A DNA stretch of 64,000 nt from Clostridia bacterium. Its GTDB lineage: Bacteria > Bacillota > Clostridia > Christensenellales > UBA1242. Below: more notes on the stretch, generated by a model. The model did no database searches. It had not been told where the DNA came from and worked only from the letters and a program-made list of their open reading frames with translations. The stretch itself is not shown here. Positions within the stretch are counted from its first letter, which is position 1. The DNA lies in the NCBI GenBank assembly GCA_900768545.1, contig CAAGDD010000003.1, positions 4,767 through 68,766 on the forward strand. Direction: 5' to 3'.

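Noticed and set aside
26203-63054. Dozens of plus-strand ORFs (60-313 aa, e.g. 37525-38466, 27229-27963, 34747-35364) and off-frame minus-strand ORFs inside the giant gene
   Set aside because: They are antisense or off-frame shadows of a strongly codon-biased repeat gene. Their translations are Cys/Phe/Val/Ser-rich low-complexity strings, they lack RBSs, and they overlap a 38.5-kb open frame.
63979-63981. The ORF-track start ('M' of MGTTYVKN) as the true start of the giant gene
   Set aside because: The codon is GTG, in frame, with six more open codons up to the window edge. The preceding residues read like the end of another B-repeat (…TVTVKAVW follows). No RBS or signal peptide is present. 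The gene is 5'-truncated by the window.
1-64000. Alternative genetic code (Mollicutes code 4), suggested by low GC and Mycoplasma-like membrane and surface proteins
   Set aside because: Trp is encoded by TGG in every codon I inspected. TGA functions as a stop (for example at 2105-2107 at a family-typical YqeY C-terminus). All family-sized ORFs close under code 11.
25462-64000. The periodic repeats of the giant region considered as a CRISPR array, satellite or non-coding tandem repeat, and slipped-strand phase-variation tracts within it
   Set aside because: The periodicity is at protein-module level, with divergent DNA and one continuous reading frame. There are no short identical direct repeats with unique spacers, and I noticed no long homopolymer or di-/tetranucleotide tracts in the visible part. 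The 5' end and promoter are outside the window.

Overview
This is an AT-rich chromosomal segment that uses the standard genetic code: Trp is TGG, and TGA serves as a stop (for example at 2105-2107). It looks like a low-GC Bacillota-type anaerobe, but that taxon is inference only. Nt 1-25,400 is a compact housekeeping and metabolic stretch. In order it holds: a lipoprotein gene truncated by the window start and missing from the ORF track; a metallophosphoesterase plus YqeY; tRNA-Met; an orphan 791-aa polytopic membrane protein with a translationally coupled 58-codon ORF; uvrC; two tandem GT2 glycosyltransferase paralogs; tRNA-Arg(ACG) preceded by a decayed duplicate of its own leader and 5' end; a SAM methyltransferase; a DUF2188 protein; a lipoprotein; an ABC-2 exporter pair; a minimal SufC/SufBD pair; a YwaF/TMEM164-like membrane protein; a three-gene glycerol-3-phosphate-dehydrogenase-type operon divergent from a glpK, lysophospholipase, YhhN (lysoplasmalogenase-family) operon; tmk; and a DapB-like oxidoreductase with a Cys/Asp/His tail. 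Nt 25,462-64,000 (60% of the window) is one uninterrupted minus-strand ORF of at least 12,845 codons whose 5' end lies beyond the window. It encodes a giant modular surface protein built from Listeria-Bacteroides (InlB B-repeat / Flg_new) modules. The membrane-proximal ~22 kb instead alternates MucBP-like and divergent B-repeat modules. Inserted in the array are a LamG domain, several jelly-roll-like inserts and a recurring Cys-initiated DGxYY cassette, and the protein ends in a non-LPXTG hydrophobic anchor plus basic tail. This giant gene is the main item of interest. No rRNA, CRISPR array, transposase, integrase or phage genes were recognised. All family assignments come from motif recognition by eye and need HMM or structure confirmation.
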